Source: Candidatus Saccharimonadota bacterium (GTDB lineage Archaea; Nanobdellota; Nanobdellia; Pacearchaeales; GW2011-AR1). From it: a DNA stretch of 32,000 bases. The position numbers and the translations under genes were made by a program. Shown here in pieces: positions 1-8,753 of the stretch. The stretch spans positions 83,987 to 115,986 of the forward strand of contig JBEKXS010000002.1 in the NCBI GenBank assembly GCA_049511795.1, in the 5' to 3' direction. Numbering within the stretch: the stretch's first letter is position 1; every line of letters begins with the position of its first letter. The notes under the pieces were generated by a model. It was not told the origin of the DNA, ran no database searches, and saw only the letters and a program-made list of their open reading frames with translations.

Positions 1-958
1 GCCATTCATATGTGAAAATAATTGTGTCTGGAAATATTTCGCAGAGTTTTCTTTCAGCTTCTGGCTCAAAATCATCGCCTTTTTTCATTTTAAGTCCATG
101 CTTGTTCAAAATTTCAACAGCTTCTTCATAAGTCATATATTTTGTCTTGGGAACTTTAAGGTTTATTCCAAGTGTTTTCAATTCTCCAGGGCATTCTGAA
201 ATAATTTTTTTGACAATAAACTGCACAGCTTCCTCAAGGTATTTCATTATTTCCATATCATCTGAAAATGCAACTTCAATATCCATTTGCCTTATTTCAT
301 TTATGTGTTTAGAAGTATCATGCTTTTCTGCACGCCAGACAGTATTTGTTGAAAATACTTTTTCAAGGGAAATTGCCATCAATTGCTTGTAAAGCTGCGG
401 ACTTTGTGCTAAATATGCTTTTTTTCCAAAATAATCTACAGTAAACAAATCAGTACCACCTTCTGTTGATGTTGCAATTATTCCAGGGGGCTGTATTTCA
501 ATAAATCCTTTTTTATAGAAAAAATCCCTGAAGCCGTTTATTATTCCTGACTGTATTTTGAAAATAGCTTTTATTCTTGGCTTTCTTAAATCAAGAGAAC
601 GGAAATCCAATCGTGTTGGCAATTCTGCCTTGACTGTTTTTTCATTGACTTGCATAGGCAACTCTTCTGCCTTGCTAAGAACTTCCATTTTTGAAACTTC
701 AATTTCAACGTCATTTCTTGCTAATTCTGCCTTGACATCTGCTTTCTTGACTTTTCCAGAAATTTCAACAACACTTTCAAGAGTCAAATCCTTTGCCTTA
801 CTTATCAAGCTTTTTTCTTTGACAATGCACTGGACAATACCAGAGCTATCACGGATAAGAAGAAAAACCATGTTTGACAAGCTTCTTACCTCATAAACCC
901 AGCCTTTAAGCAATGCTTCTTTTCCAGGTTTTAGTTCAGAAACATAATCTCTAGCCAT
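1..958 (-). CDS. aspS: Aspartyl-tRNA synthetase (archaeal/class IIb type), N-terminal ~319 codons only; C-terminus lies beyond the window start
   Basis: Absent from the ORF track because it runs off the edge. Manual minus-strand translation from ATG (958-956) gives MARDYVSELKPGKEALLKGWVYEVRSLSNMVFLLIRDSSGIVQCIV... (OB-fold anticodon-binding domain), then ...FFYKKGFIEIQPPGIIATSTEGGTDLFTVDYFGKKAYLAQSPQLYKQ... (class IIb core, QSPQLYKQ block). The frame stays open to position 1. Track ORFs 147..392 and 558..896 (+) are its antisense shadows. Confidence 0.85.
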   Translation of the reverse strand, partial: MARDYVSELKPGKEALLKGWVYEVRSLSNMVFLLIRDSSGIVQCIVKEKSLISKAKDLTLESVVEISGKVKKADVKAELARNDVEIEVSKMEVLSKAEELPMQVNEKTVKAELPTRLDFRSLDLRKPRIKAIFKIQSGIINGFRDFFYKKGFIEIQPPGIIATSTEGGTDLFTVDYFGKKAYLAQSPQLYKQLMAISLEKVFSTNTVWRAEKHDTSKHINEIRQMDIEVAFSDDMEIMKYLEEAVQFIVKKIISECPGELKTLGINLKVPKTKYMTYEEAVEILNKHGLKMKKGDDFEPEAERKLCEIFPDTIIFTYEW

Positions 959-988
959 GATGTATAAATAGAAAACAGATTTATTAAA

Positions 989-1570
989 TTATGGATTTGG
1001 ATTGCTTACTTTTGCTTCAAGACCTTTATCTTCAACTAAAACAGCTGCTGCGATAACAGTTGTCCATTTTCCATCAGGACCGCATTCAGCAGATTGAGTT
1101 ATATTTCTTGTTCTAACAATCTTTCCAGACATCTTGTAGGCTATTTCCCTCTCATCCCATGCCTGATTTGAATCAAAAGAGATCCCCAAAGTTGATGCTA
1201 GCATTGTTGCAGCCAAATCTTCTGCATAATCTCCTGCTATATCTTCTTTTTCACCATAACTATGATGCTCTGAAAGATATCCATATGAATCTTTCTCAGC
1301 AGGTATTGCACAGCCTATTGAAGAGGCAATTAATCTACTGGATTCATTTGTCTCATTTCTTGCCATAACACAAAAAACAACTTCTCCAGGATGTAAATAT
1401 GCTAAACCTTTTTCTTTTGAAATTATCTCTGCATTCGGCGGAAGAATACTAGAAACATGAACAAGATTATATTTTTCAATGCCTGCATCTCTCAAAGCTT
1501 CTTCAAAACTTAAAAGTCTTTCTTTGTTTCTTCCAACACCTTTAGTGAAAAAAACTTTGTTTGGTATCAT
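989..1570 (-). CDS. pdaD: Pyruvoyl-dependent arginine decarboxylase
   Basis: 193-aa [48 protein letters not shown] matches the PdaD N-terminus, including the V-S-S self-processing site. It appears somewhat longer at the C-terminus than characterised enzymes of about 165 aa. Confidence 0.85.
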   Translation of the reverse strand: MIPNKVFFTKGVGRNKERLLSFEEALRDAGIEKYNLVHVSSILPPNAEIISKEKGLAYLHPGEVVFCVMARNETNESSRLIASSIGCAIPAEKDSYGYLSEHHSYGEKEDIAGDYAEDLAATMLASTLGISFDSNQAWDEREIAYKMSGKIVRTRNITQSAECGPDGKWTTVIAAAVLVEDKGLEAKVSNPNP

Positions 1571-1617
1571 CTTAAATTAATGATTAAGTTATAGAATAAG
1601 TGTTTTTAAGATTTTCT

Positions 1618-3036
1618 CTACTTTACAAGCTTCTTTATGATTTCCATTGCTTCGCTACCAGAGATTTTTCCAGAGAATTCTTTCATAACTAACCCCATGT
1701 AGGCGTTTGCTGACAATCCTGGCTTTTCTTTTATTATCTTCTCAATTTTTTTCTCAACATCTTCAGATTTTTCTTTTGGCTCTTCTCTTTCTTCTCCTCT
1801 GACAATTCCAGAAAGAATTCTTTTTATTTCAGATTCATCAATTTTTCCTTTCTTTACATCTTCCAAAACATTTCCGATTATATCTTTGTTAAGTATTTTT
1901 TCAACATCTTCCAATGTTTTTTTCTCTTTGGATGCTATTTCTTTTGGAAAAAGCAAGATTGTTTTTGCAACAAGCTGGGGATTTTCGATAATTTCCAAAA
2001 ATTCCTTGAATTCCTCAACTTTTTTTCTTTTAAGAAGAAGAGAAATCATGTCCTGGTTCAAACCGTGTTTCTTCAGTTGTTCTTCAGGATTTTCAAGCTC
2101 TTTTACTTCTTTTTTAACTTCATCAATCATTTGTCTTGAGATTTTTAATAATGGGAGGTCTGTTTCAGGATACATTCTTGCAGCTCCTGGCAATGGCCTT
2201 AGGAATCTTGAGCTACCATCTTCAAGAACATTTCTTACTTCTGCAATGCTTTTCCCTTTTTTCACGAGTTCAATTTGTCTCTGGATTTCCAGTTCCATTG
2301 CCCTTTCAATATTTCTTATATCCTGGAAACCTTTTATCTCAATTCTTTCACCGCCAGCAATTGAAAGGTTTACATCTTGCCTGATTGTTCCCAATCCTCT
2401 TTTGACTTTGACCATTCTCAAAATTTCTCCAAGCTTTAGCGCTGTTTCTTTTGCTTGCTGCGGATTTTTTATGCTTGCATCTGTTGCAATCTCAACGAGA
2501 GGAATTCCTAAACGGTCTAACCTGAAAACACCTTTGTCCTTGTCAATTATTCTTGCAGAATCTTCCTCGAGGCAAAGCGTAGCAATTCCTGTTTTTCCAT
2601 GTGATGTTTCAATAAAACCATCTCGGGCAATTAAAACAGTTCTTTGAAAACCACTTGTATTACTGCCATCAATGACTGTCTTTCTCATTATTTGTGTTAT
2701 AGGTAATATTTTGCAGTTAAGAAGTGTAGCTATTTGCAACGCAATATTGAGTGCTTCTTTGTTAATATTATGCGGCGGTTCTTCATCTAGTTCAATAAGG
2801 CAAGTTGTTTTGTAGCCTTCATATGTAAATTCTTTTTCGAGCAATGCTTCATGAGCAGCAGCAATGTCAATCTCACCGCTTTCACCTGCAACAACATGGA
2901 GTTTTCTTTTAACTATAAAGTCAGGCTCGTTTTTCCTTAAAATAGAAGGGCAATTGCAGAAAAGTTTTCTTGTATCAAGCTGCTGATGAATTTCAAGCCC
3001 TGATTTCAAACCAAGTTTTGCATAATCTAAATCCAT
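1618..3036 (-). CDS. gatE: Glutamyl-tRNA(Gln) amidotransferase subunit E, short form
   Basis: 472-aa ORF with conserved GatE blocks: GLEIHQQLDTRKLFCNCPS, VIDGSNTSGFQRT, LCLEEDSAR, RLGIPLVEIATD, KRGLGTIRQDVNLS, RPLPGAARMYPETD. A helical YqeY-like tail is present. See the finding on the missing insertion domain. Confidence 0.9.
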   Translation of the reverse strand: MDLDYAKLGLKSGLEIHQQLDTRKLFCNCPSILRKNEPDFIVKRKLHVVAGESGEIDIAAAHEALLEKEFTYEGYKTTCLIELDEEPPHNINKEALNIALQIATLLNCKILPITQIMRKTVIDGSNTSGFQRTVLIARDGFIETSHGKTGIATLCLEEDSARIIDKDKGVFRLDRLGIPLVEIATDASIKNPQQAKETALKLGEILRMVKVKRGLGTIRQDVNLSIAGGERIEIKGFQDIRNIERAMELEIQRQIELVKKGKSIAEVRNVLEDGSSRFLRPLPGAARMYPETDLPLLKISRQMIDEVKKEVKELENPEEQLKKHGLNQDMISLLLKRKKVEEFKEFLEIIENPQLVAKTILLFPKEIASKEKKTLEDVEKILNKDIIGNVLEDVKKGKIDESEIKRILSGIVRGEEREEPKEKSEDVEKKIEKIIKEKPGLSANAYMGLVMKEFSGKISGSEAMEIIKKLVK

Positions 3037-3066
3037 GAAAGAAAAAAGAAGAAGGGATTTATTAAA

Positions 3067-3825
3067 TTAATGACTTGTCAAATATTTTTCTAGACTTGTT
3101 TGAATTTTCAAAAGATGAGCTGTAGAAACTTGGTCAGGGTCAACACCACAGTAAGTAGCAACGTTGTGCAAAAATCCAAGATACTTTTCTCCATAATTAA
3201 GAGATTCTATTTCAGGCAGGTAAGTTTGTCTATGCTGCCTATTCATTTCCCCTTGTTTTAATCTCACAGGGTTCAAATCTCTGTTATCTGAAGTTATTAT
3301 TTTTCCCGCTTCAAAAACCTTGGCAACTCCCTGGTGTACAAGTCTGTTAAATCCATGATTTCTTTTCCCTTTTTTAGGCGATTCTCCTATAGCACAAATA
3401 TTATATTTCACTTCTTTGCCTAAACGAGAGTCTAATCCTCTTTCAAATCCATGCAAAGCTTTTTGAAATTCCCTATGACCTTTTACAGCAGATGATCCAG
3501 ATATGACTTCATCAATACAAGTTATGGAAAGAGGATCTCCATGATAGTTTGTCTTCAAAAAATTAGTAAACCAATCTTGCATCATCTGCTCACGACTAAG
3601 AAATCTGCTTGAGTTTGGAGGATATTCTACTGTTTCCAAAGGAAAATGCCTGTCTATTACTGAAAGAACATCTATTAAAGGAACAGAACCTACAATTGGT
3701 GCAAATATAAAATTGGAGTTTTGACTACGTAAAAAATCAGATAAATGCTTCATAGCACCCATATAAGATTCAAATTCTTCATTAGTATATTGCTCTTCCA
3801 TGGAAAAATAAACCTTTTTTCTCAT
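3067..3825 (-). CDS. Hypothetical protein with type I phosphoribosyltransferase-like motifs
   Basis: Track ORF 3067..3900. I prefer the internal ATG at 3825 (MRKKVYFSMEEQ...), which removes a 38-nt overlap with the gatD 3' end. FIFAPIVGSVPLIDVL plus ITCIDEVISGSSAVK resemble the PRPP-binding loop pattern (hydrophobic x4, D-E/D, x2, S/T-G-x-S/T). No specific family recognised. Confidence 0.5.
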   Translation of the reverse strand: MRKKVYFSMEEQYTNEEFESYMGAMKHLSDFLRSQNSNFIFAPIVGSVPLIDVLSVIDRHFPLETVEYPPNSSRFLSREQMMQDWFTNFLKTNYHGDPLSITCIDEVISGSSAVKGHREFQKALHGFERGLDSRLGKEVKYNICAIGESPKKGKRNHGFNRLVHQGVAKVFEAGKIITSDNRDLNPVRLKQGEMNRQHRQTYLPEIESLNYGEKYLGFLHNVATYCGVDPDQVSTAHLLKIQTSLEKYLTSH

Positions 3826-3862
3826 TATAAATCTTTCTATTGTAACCCCTTTATAGTTACAT

Positions 3863-5146
3863 TTACTCCTCCAAGCGGTCAGAAAACTCACCTGAAACAT
3901 TTGTCAGCATCATTTCCTTGACTTTCTCCTTGCTTTTTGCCCATTCTTCATGCCCCAAAACCCACCCAAGCTTTATCAAAGCTGTCTCTGAAAGCATGTC
4001 TTCAAGATAAATGACTCCTGAATCAATGAGCTCTCTTCCTGTTGAATAAACCAAAGGGTCTAGTCTCCCGTAAATGGTTTGTGCAGCTGCGCAGATAACA
4101 ATTCCTTTCTTTTGGATTTCTTTTAATTTTGAAATCCATGAATTTCTTGATTCACCTGTTGCAACATGGCCCAATCCAAGCATTTCAATAACAATTCCTT
4201 TGTAGCCTTTTTTTGCATAATAATCAAGAATATCTGGATTTTGTCCTGGATAAAATTTGATTAATGCAACTTTTTCCTCAAATTTTGTGTCTAATTTTGT
4301 TTTTTCGTTTGTTCTTTTTCTGTATTCTGACAAAGGAACAAATGCATTTCTAGTTATTCTTGCCAATGGCATTGCATTTACAGGCTTGAAAGCGTCTCTC
4401 TTCGAACTGTGAAGTTTTCTTACTTTTGTTCCGCGCAAAGCATAGCAAAAATCATCATTTGTTGAAGCATGACCAACAAGAACAACTTCTGCAATATCTG
4501 AAATTGCAGCAACTGCAGCTGCTTCCAGATTTAATGAAGCGTCAGAGCTTGCCCTGTCAGTGCTTCTTTGGCTATATGTAAGAACAACAGGTTTTCCCAA
4601 ATTTCTTAGGAAAAAAGAAAGTGCAGCAGAGGTATAATGAAGTGTGTCTGTTCCATGTGTAATTATTAATCCTTTTATTTCAGGATTGTTCAATAATTCT
4701 TCAGCTTTTTTTGCTATTTTCTGCCAGTCATGAAAATCCATATTCTCAGAACCTTTCATAAAAGGTGTTTCAATTTTTACAACATTAACTTTCTCGAATA
4801 TTTCTGGATAAAACTTGAAAAGTTTTTCAGGGCTTGTAAGCCATTTTACAGCTCCTGTTTTGGAATCCAGTTCAGAGGAAATTGTCCCGCCTGTAACAAT
4901 CATTGCAATGTTTGGTTTTGACTTGTCTTTTTTTATTTCAATATTGCTTTCTTTCTCCTCTACTTTTTTTAGAATTCTCATGTCAAGAATATCTTTCTTG
5001 TTCAATCCAATATTATAACCAGAGTTAAGCTTCAGAAGAATTATTCCTTTCTCATCCTTTGGTGCTTCAAGAAATACTCCTTGATATGTATTCTTAACAA
5101 AATCAACTTCAACAAAATCTCCTGGTTTTGCTTCGATTTTTGCCAT
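3863..5146 (-). CDS. gatD: Glutamyl-tRNA(Gln) amidotransferase subunit D (asparaginase-like)
   Basis: 427-aa ORF. A small N-terminal beta domain is followed by an asparaginase fold with IVTGGTISS (catalytic Thr motif) and ITHGTDTLHYT. Length is typical of GatD. Confidence 0.9.
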   Translation of the reverse strand: MAKIEAKPGDFVEVDFVKNTYQGVFLEAPKDEKGIILLKLNSGYNIGLNKKDILDMRILKKVEEKESNIEIKKDKSKPNIAMIVTGGTISSELDSKTGAVKWLTSPEKLFKFYPEIFEKVNVVKIETPFMKGSENMDFHDWQKIAKKAEELLNNPEIKGLIITHGTDTLHYTSAALSFFLRNLGKPVVLTYSQRSTDRASSDASLNLEAAAVAAISDIAEVVLVGHASTNDDFCYALRGTKVRKLHSSKRDAFKPVNAMPLARITRNAFVPLSEYRKRTNEKTKLDTKFEEKVALIKFYPGQNPDILDYYAKKGYKGIVIEMLGLGHVATGESRNSWISKLKEIQKKGIVICAAAQTIYGRLDPLVYSTGRELIDSGVIYLEDMLSETALIKLGWVLGHEEWAKSKEKVKEMMLTNVSGEFSDRLEE

Positions 5147-5157
5147 TTTTTATGAAA

Positions 5158-5229
5158 TGAGCCTGCTAGGATTCGAACCTAGATCAGCGGGGCCGAAACC
5201 CGATATTCTGTCCGTTGAACTACAGGCCC
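5158..5229 (-). tRNA. tRNA-Arg (anticodon UCG), 72 nt, no intron, no encoded CCA
   Basis: Manual cloverleaf of the minus strand GGGCCTGTAGTTCAACGGACAGAATATCGGGTTTCGGCCCCGCTGATCTAGGTTCGAATCCTAGCAGGCTCA. Acceptor is GGGCCTG/CAGGCTC (one G-U); D arm is GTTC/GAAT with a GG-containing loop. The anticodon loop TTTCGGC gives TCG with G37. T arm is CTAGG-TTCGAAT-CCTAG. Position 27:43 is a T-C mismatch, so the isotype call is less certain than the tRNA call. Confidence 0.8.
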
Positions 5230-5284
5230 TGTCTATTTAAAAAATGAGCATTAGGTTTTTATATCTTAAGATTTTATATTCTGA

Positions 5285-6214
5285 ATGCCAGTTGGAAACA
5301 ATAAAAAAGTGATTGTCCGTCCAATTGTCCATCATCACATTGTCCTGAAACCGCACCATAAATGGATTATTGGAGGTGTTGGAACTCTTGTTGTAATACT
5401 TTTGATAACTTTAAGCATTTTTTCATATGCAAGTTATGTCAGAGAAGAGTATAATTACAATCTTCTGAACAAAAAAATAGCAGATTTATCAACAGAAACA
5501 CAGGGAAATGTTAATGAGCTTTCTTCCAGTATTTTAAAAACGCAGGAAAGCCTTAGTTCTTTAAATATTGATGTTGGAAACATAACAACCCAATTTTCCC
5601 AGCTAAAGGCAAGTGTTGGCTCTGATTTCTCAAGCATAATAGAACAAGAGGTTCCATCTGTTGTAACGATAAAAACAGATGCTGCTCAGGGAACTGGTTT
5701 CATAATAACAAGTAACGGTTATATTGTCACTAATGCACACGTTCTTGCAGACCAGAATGGAAATCTTGCAACAGGTATCAAAGCAATAACATCAAATCAG
5801 CAGGTAATAAGTGCTAATTTCGTAGGTTATGATCCTGATTTAGATATTGCTCTGCTTAAAATACCTGGAAACTATTCAAAATTAACTTTAGGCAATTCAA
5901 ATAATGTCCAAGTTGGTGAAGAAGTGATTGCAATAGGAAATCCTCTTGGCTTGCAATTCTCAGTTAGCCAGGGAATAATTTCAGCAGTTAACAGGCAAGG
6001 ACAAAATGGCTTTAATTATTATTTCCAGACAGATACAGCTCTTAATCCAGGAAATTCAGGCGGTCCTTTAATAGATAAAAACGGAAATGTCATAGGAATA
6101 AATAATTTCAAGGCAAGTGGAAGCGAAAACATTGGTTTTGCTTTGGAATCAAATTACATAAAGCAGGCAGTTGACAACATCTCAATGACAAGTCTTAATA
6201 CAAATCTTCTTTGA
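5285..6214 (+). CDS. Membrane-anchored trypsin-like (HtrA/DegP family S1C) serine protease without a PDZ domain
   Basis: 309-aa ORF. An N-terminal TM helix (WIIGGVGTLVVILLITLSIF) is followed by a coiled-coil-like spacer and the catalytic triad blocks GTGFIITSNGYIVTNAHV (His), DIALLKI (Asp) and GNSGGPL (Ser). The ORF ends shortly after the protease domain. Confidence 0.8.
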   Translation: MPVGNNKKVIVRPIVHHHIVLKPHHKWIIGGVGTLVVILLITLSIFSYASYVREEYNYNLLNKKIADLSTETQGNVNELSSSILKTQESLSSLNIDVGNITTQFSQLKASVGSDFSSIIEQEVPSVVTIKTDAAQGTGFIITSNGYIVTNAHVLADQNGNLATGIKAITSNQQVISANFVGYDPDLDIALLKIPGNYSKLTLGNSNNVQVGEEVIAIGNPLGLQFSVSQGIISAVNRQGQNGFNYYFQTDTALNPGNSGGPLIDKNGNVIGINNFKASGSENIGFALESNYIKQAVDNISMTSLNTNLL

Positions 6215-6312
6215 TTTGTTCTTAATTTTCCTTTCTCAAAACATTTATTAAACTTTTTTTCCAAAAGTATAATATTTATATATGTTTTTAGGACTTGTTC
6301 TTGGCGTGAGCG

Positions 6313-6338
6313 ATTCGTTTAAAAAATGTTAAACGAAT
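6313..6338. terminator. Perfect 10-bp stem hairpin between convergent genes (possible bidirectional terminator or RNA 3'-end element)
   Basis: ATTCGTTTAA (6313-6322), loop AAAATG, TTAAACGAAT (6329-6338), followed by TTTTCG. It lies in the 133-nt gap between the protease stop (6214) and the permease stop (6348). Archaeal termination does not require hairpins, so the function is uncertain. Confidence 0.3.
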
Positions 6339-6347
6339 TTTCGAGAA

Positions 6348-7607
6348 TTATTCATACCTCAATGCTTCTATTGGTTTTAATTTTGAGGCTCTGTATGCTG
6401 GAATCACGCCAGCAATCATTCCAACAATAATTGAAATTAAAAAAGCTCCGATTATAAGTACTGGATTAATGTACACAGAACCAAGAGAAAGCCTTCCACC
6501 TATCTGGCTTCCGCTTGTTAGGCTTCCTATAAATCCTGCCCCAATAATCCCTAAAATAACTCCGCCAATTCCTCCAACTAAACCTATTAGTCCAGAGTTA
6601 ATTAAGAATATCAGCAAGATATCATTGTTCTTTGCTCCGATTGCTTTCATTATTCCTATTTCCCTTGTTTTTTCCATAACAGAAGTAAACATAGTGTTTG
6701 ATATCCCAACAGCTCCTACAATAAGGGAAATAGCTGCAATTGCTGCAAGGAAAATTGATGTGGACCCTAGAGCAGATGAAATTCTTGCTTGGAAAGCTTG
6801 GGGTGAAGTAACTGTAAAATCCTGGTTTTTCGCTTGGAAAATACCCCTGGAAACCATAAGGTTTTGGGTTATGTCATTCACTGTTTGATTTGAAAGGCTT
6901 GTATCTTTTATCTCAACAGAAATCGAATTGAAGTAGTTTCCAGAAGGGTTGGCTTCAAGATTCCTTAAGGTTTGTATTGGCATAAAAACTTGACTATCCT
7001 CCTGGTTTCCGCTTTGTTTTAATATTCCAACAACTCTGAAAAGCTGACCCCCAATATCTATCTGGCTATTTACAGTCATGCCTGAAAAAACAGAGTTTGC
7101 AACGTTTCCTCCAACAACAACACTGTTAACATCTCCAGATCCAAGGTATCTACCAGAACTAAGCTGTGAAGAGACAAAATTCTTCCAAACCAAAGGGTCA
7201 ACACCTTCAATACTAACACTTGCATTGTTGCTAAGATAGGCAGCGCTTTCTCTTGAGCTTATTGTTCCCATAACATAATCAACATTCTGAATATTTTTTA
7301 TAATATTTACATCATTTGTTGTAAGGTTTTTCTGATTTGTAGTTGAAGAAGATGGCCCATTTTCAAACACTGTTCTAAACCCACCACTTGCACCACTTGC
7401 TCTTGAAAAACCAGGTGTAACTGTAAGAATGTTTGCCCCAAAGGAATTGAGCTGGTTCTGTAAATTCGCTTGTGCACCTTCTGTGACAGAAATAATGGAA
7501 ACAATTGCTGCAATCCCTATAACAATACCTATAATTGTAAGCCAACTCCTAAGCTTACTGTGAAGAAGTATGTTGAAGGCAAGTTGAAATGCTTTTTTTA
7601 TTTTCAT
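6348..7607 (-). CDS. ABC transporter permease, MacB/FtsX type (4 TM with a large extracytoplasmic domain)
   Basis: 419-aa ORF. One N-terminal TM (WLTIIGIVIGIAAIVSIISV) is followed by an extracytoplasmic domain of about 240 aa and three C-terminal TMs with the FtsX-like block REIGIMKAIGAKNNDILLIFLINSGLIGLVGG. Confidence 0.85.
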   Translation of the reverse strand: MKIKKAFQLAFNILLHSKLRSWLTIIGIVIGIAAIVSIISVTEGAQANLQNQLNSFGANILTVTPGFSRASGASGGFRTVFENGPSSSTTNQKNLTTNDVNIIKNIQNVDYVMGTISSRESAAYLSNNASVSIEGVDPLVWKNFVSSQLSSGRYLGSGDVNSVVVGGNVANSVFSGMTVNSQIDIGGQLFRVVGILKQSGNQEDSQVFMPIQTLRNLEANPSGNYFNSISVEIKDTSLSNQTVNDITQNLMVSRGIFQAKNQDFTVTSPQAFQARISSALGSTSIFLAAIAAISLIVGAVGISNTMFTSVMEKTREIGIMKAIGAKNNDILLIFLINSGLIGLVGGIGGVILGIIGAGFIGSLTSGSQIGGRLSLGSVYINPVLIIGAFLISIIVGMIAGVIPAYRASKLKPIEALRYE

Positions 7608-7616
7608 TTCAACTCC

Positions 7617-8753
7617 TTATTTTTTCTTTCTTTCTGCTGAAACCCAATCGGGTGTTTCTGAACCTGAACTTCTTTGTTTTTTGTTTTTATGGAATTTACC
7701 AAAAAATGCTTTTGTTTCTTCAGGATGTTTTTTATAATAAAATATAAAGCCACCCGCAATAGCTATAACAAAAAGCCAGAAAAATATATTGCTGAATACG
7801 CTTCCTCCTGAAGAAGTTGTCCTTGTTCTAGTTAAATAAACTCCGCCAGCTGTTGTCAGACCTGTTATGTTTGTTGCACTTCCTGAAAGCGAGGGTGTGA
7901 AATCAACTGTGTCAAAAACAATTCTTCTAACTCCTATGTTATCTGTGTAATCTATTTCAATAGTTAAATTTCTGCTTGCGCTCCCCCCTTGACCAAAACT
8001 CGTATTAACTCCTGAAAAATTTCCAGTTCCTGTTCTGGAAAATGTAGGAACAATATTAAAATTAACAACAGTATAATCTCCTGCAGCAAGATTTCCAACA
8101 ACCTGTCCATTTGTTCCGACAACCCTGAAATTAGGCTGGCTAGGTACTTGCACTATGACAGAATTTGCAGTGTTTTCTCCTGTATTAACAATTGAAAAAG
8201 AATATCCAGAACTCGTTCCTGTTGATGACTGAATAACTGCAGCAAAGCTTGTCTGTGCATTTGCGACAGAAACATCAAGTTTTTTCAAAACCCAGACATT
8301 GCTTGTTGGATCTGTAGTATAAAGAACATCAAGCTCATTATCTCCATTCACAGCATTAGAGTCAACTTTAACTTTGTAATGAACAAGAAAATTCTGCCCT
8401 CCAACTAACACAATTGTTTGATTAGCACTTTCACTTGGGTCAAGGGAAAAAGGGAAATTTGGCTGCAGTTGAAAAGTCGCTGTCTGTGCGTTATTGCTTC
8501 CAAAGTATTGGCCACTTAACCAAAGATCAAAATATTCTCCAGGATTTGCAGGAAATGGGGAATAATCAAGCTGAGTAACTGCAAGGCCCTGGCTTGAAGA
8601 TGTTGTATAATTAATCTGCTGTGCTGGTTGCGCAGAAACATTGTTTAATGAAAAAGAAGTTAAGACAAGAAAAATTGTTAATATAAATAATATACTGATT
8701 ATATTAAATTTACTACTTGGTCTTATATTAAAATTATTTTTTTTATTTATCAT
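7617..8753 (-). CDS. Beta-rich cell-surface protein with N-terminal signal/anchor and C-terminal TM anchor (CARDB / S-layer-domain-like repeats)
   Basis: 378-aa ORF. It has an N-terminal hydrophobic segment and two modules with the pattern YSPFPANPGEYFDLWL... and ...FSIVNTGENTANSVIVQV.... A C-terminal TM (IFFWLFVIAIAGGFIFYY) is followed by a basic tail. Its start overlaps the ATPase stop by 4 nt (8750-8753). Confidence 0.6.
   Translation of the reverse strand: MINKKNNFNIRPSSKFNIISILFILTIFLVLTSFSLNNVSAQPAQQINYTTSSSQGLAVTQLDYSPFPANPGEYFDLWLSGQYFGSNNAQTATFQLQPNFPFSLDPSESANQTIVLVGGQNFLVHYKVKVDSNAVNGDNELDVLYTTDPTSNVWVLKKLDVSVANAQTSFAAVIQSSTGTSSGYSFSIVNTGENTANSVIVQVPSQPNFRVVGTNGQVVGNLAAGDYTVVNFNIVPTFSRTGTGNFSGVNTSFGQGGSASRNLTIEIDYTDNIGVRRIVFDTVDFTPSLSGSATNITGLTTAGGVYLTRTRTTSSGGSVFSNIFFWLFVIAIAGGFIFYYKKHPEETKAFFGKFHKNKKQRSSGSETPDWVSAERKKK

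Noticed and set aside
147-896. Track ORFs 147..392 and 558..896 on the + strand
   Set aside because: Both lie antisense to an unambiguous AspRS reading frame that is open from 958 to the window edge. They start at TTG and have Ser/Phe/Leu/Ile-rich composition typical of the antisense of Lys/Glu-rich AT-rich genes.
1886-2647. 253-aa + strand ORF, the longest shadow ORF, plus 2136..2384 and 1159..1368
   Set aside because: They are antisense to gatE and pdaD, whose family motifs are clear. The translations are low-complexity (S/F/L/I runs) with no recognisable motif.
3826-3900. First 25 codons of track ORF 3067..3900 (MFQVSFLTAWRSKCNYKGVTIERFI)
   Set aside because: This segment overlaps the last 38 nt of gatD and its composition looks non-native. 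The internal ATG at 3825 gives a normal intergenic spacing. The longer form cannot be excluded without conservation data.
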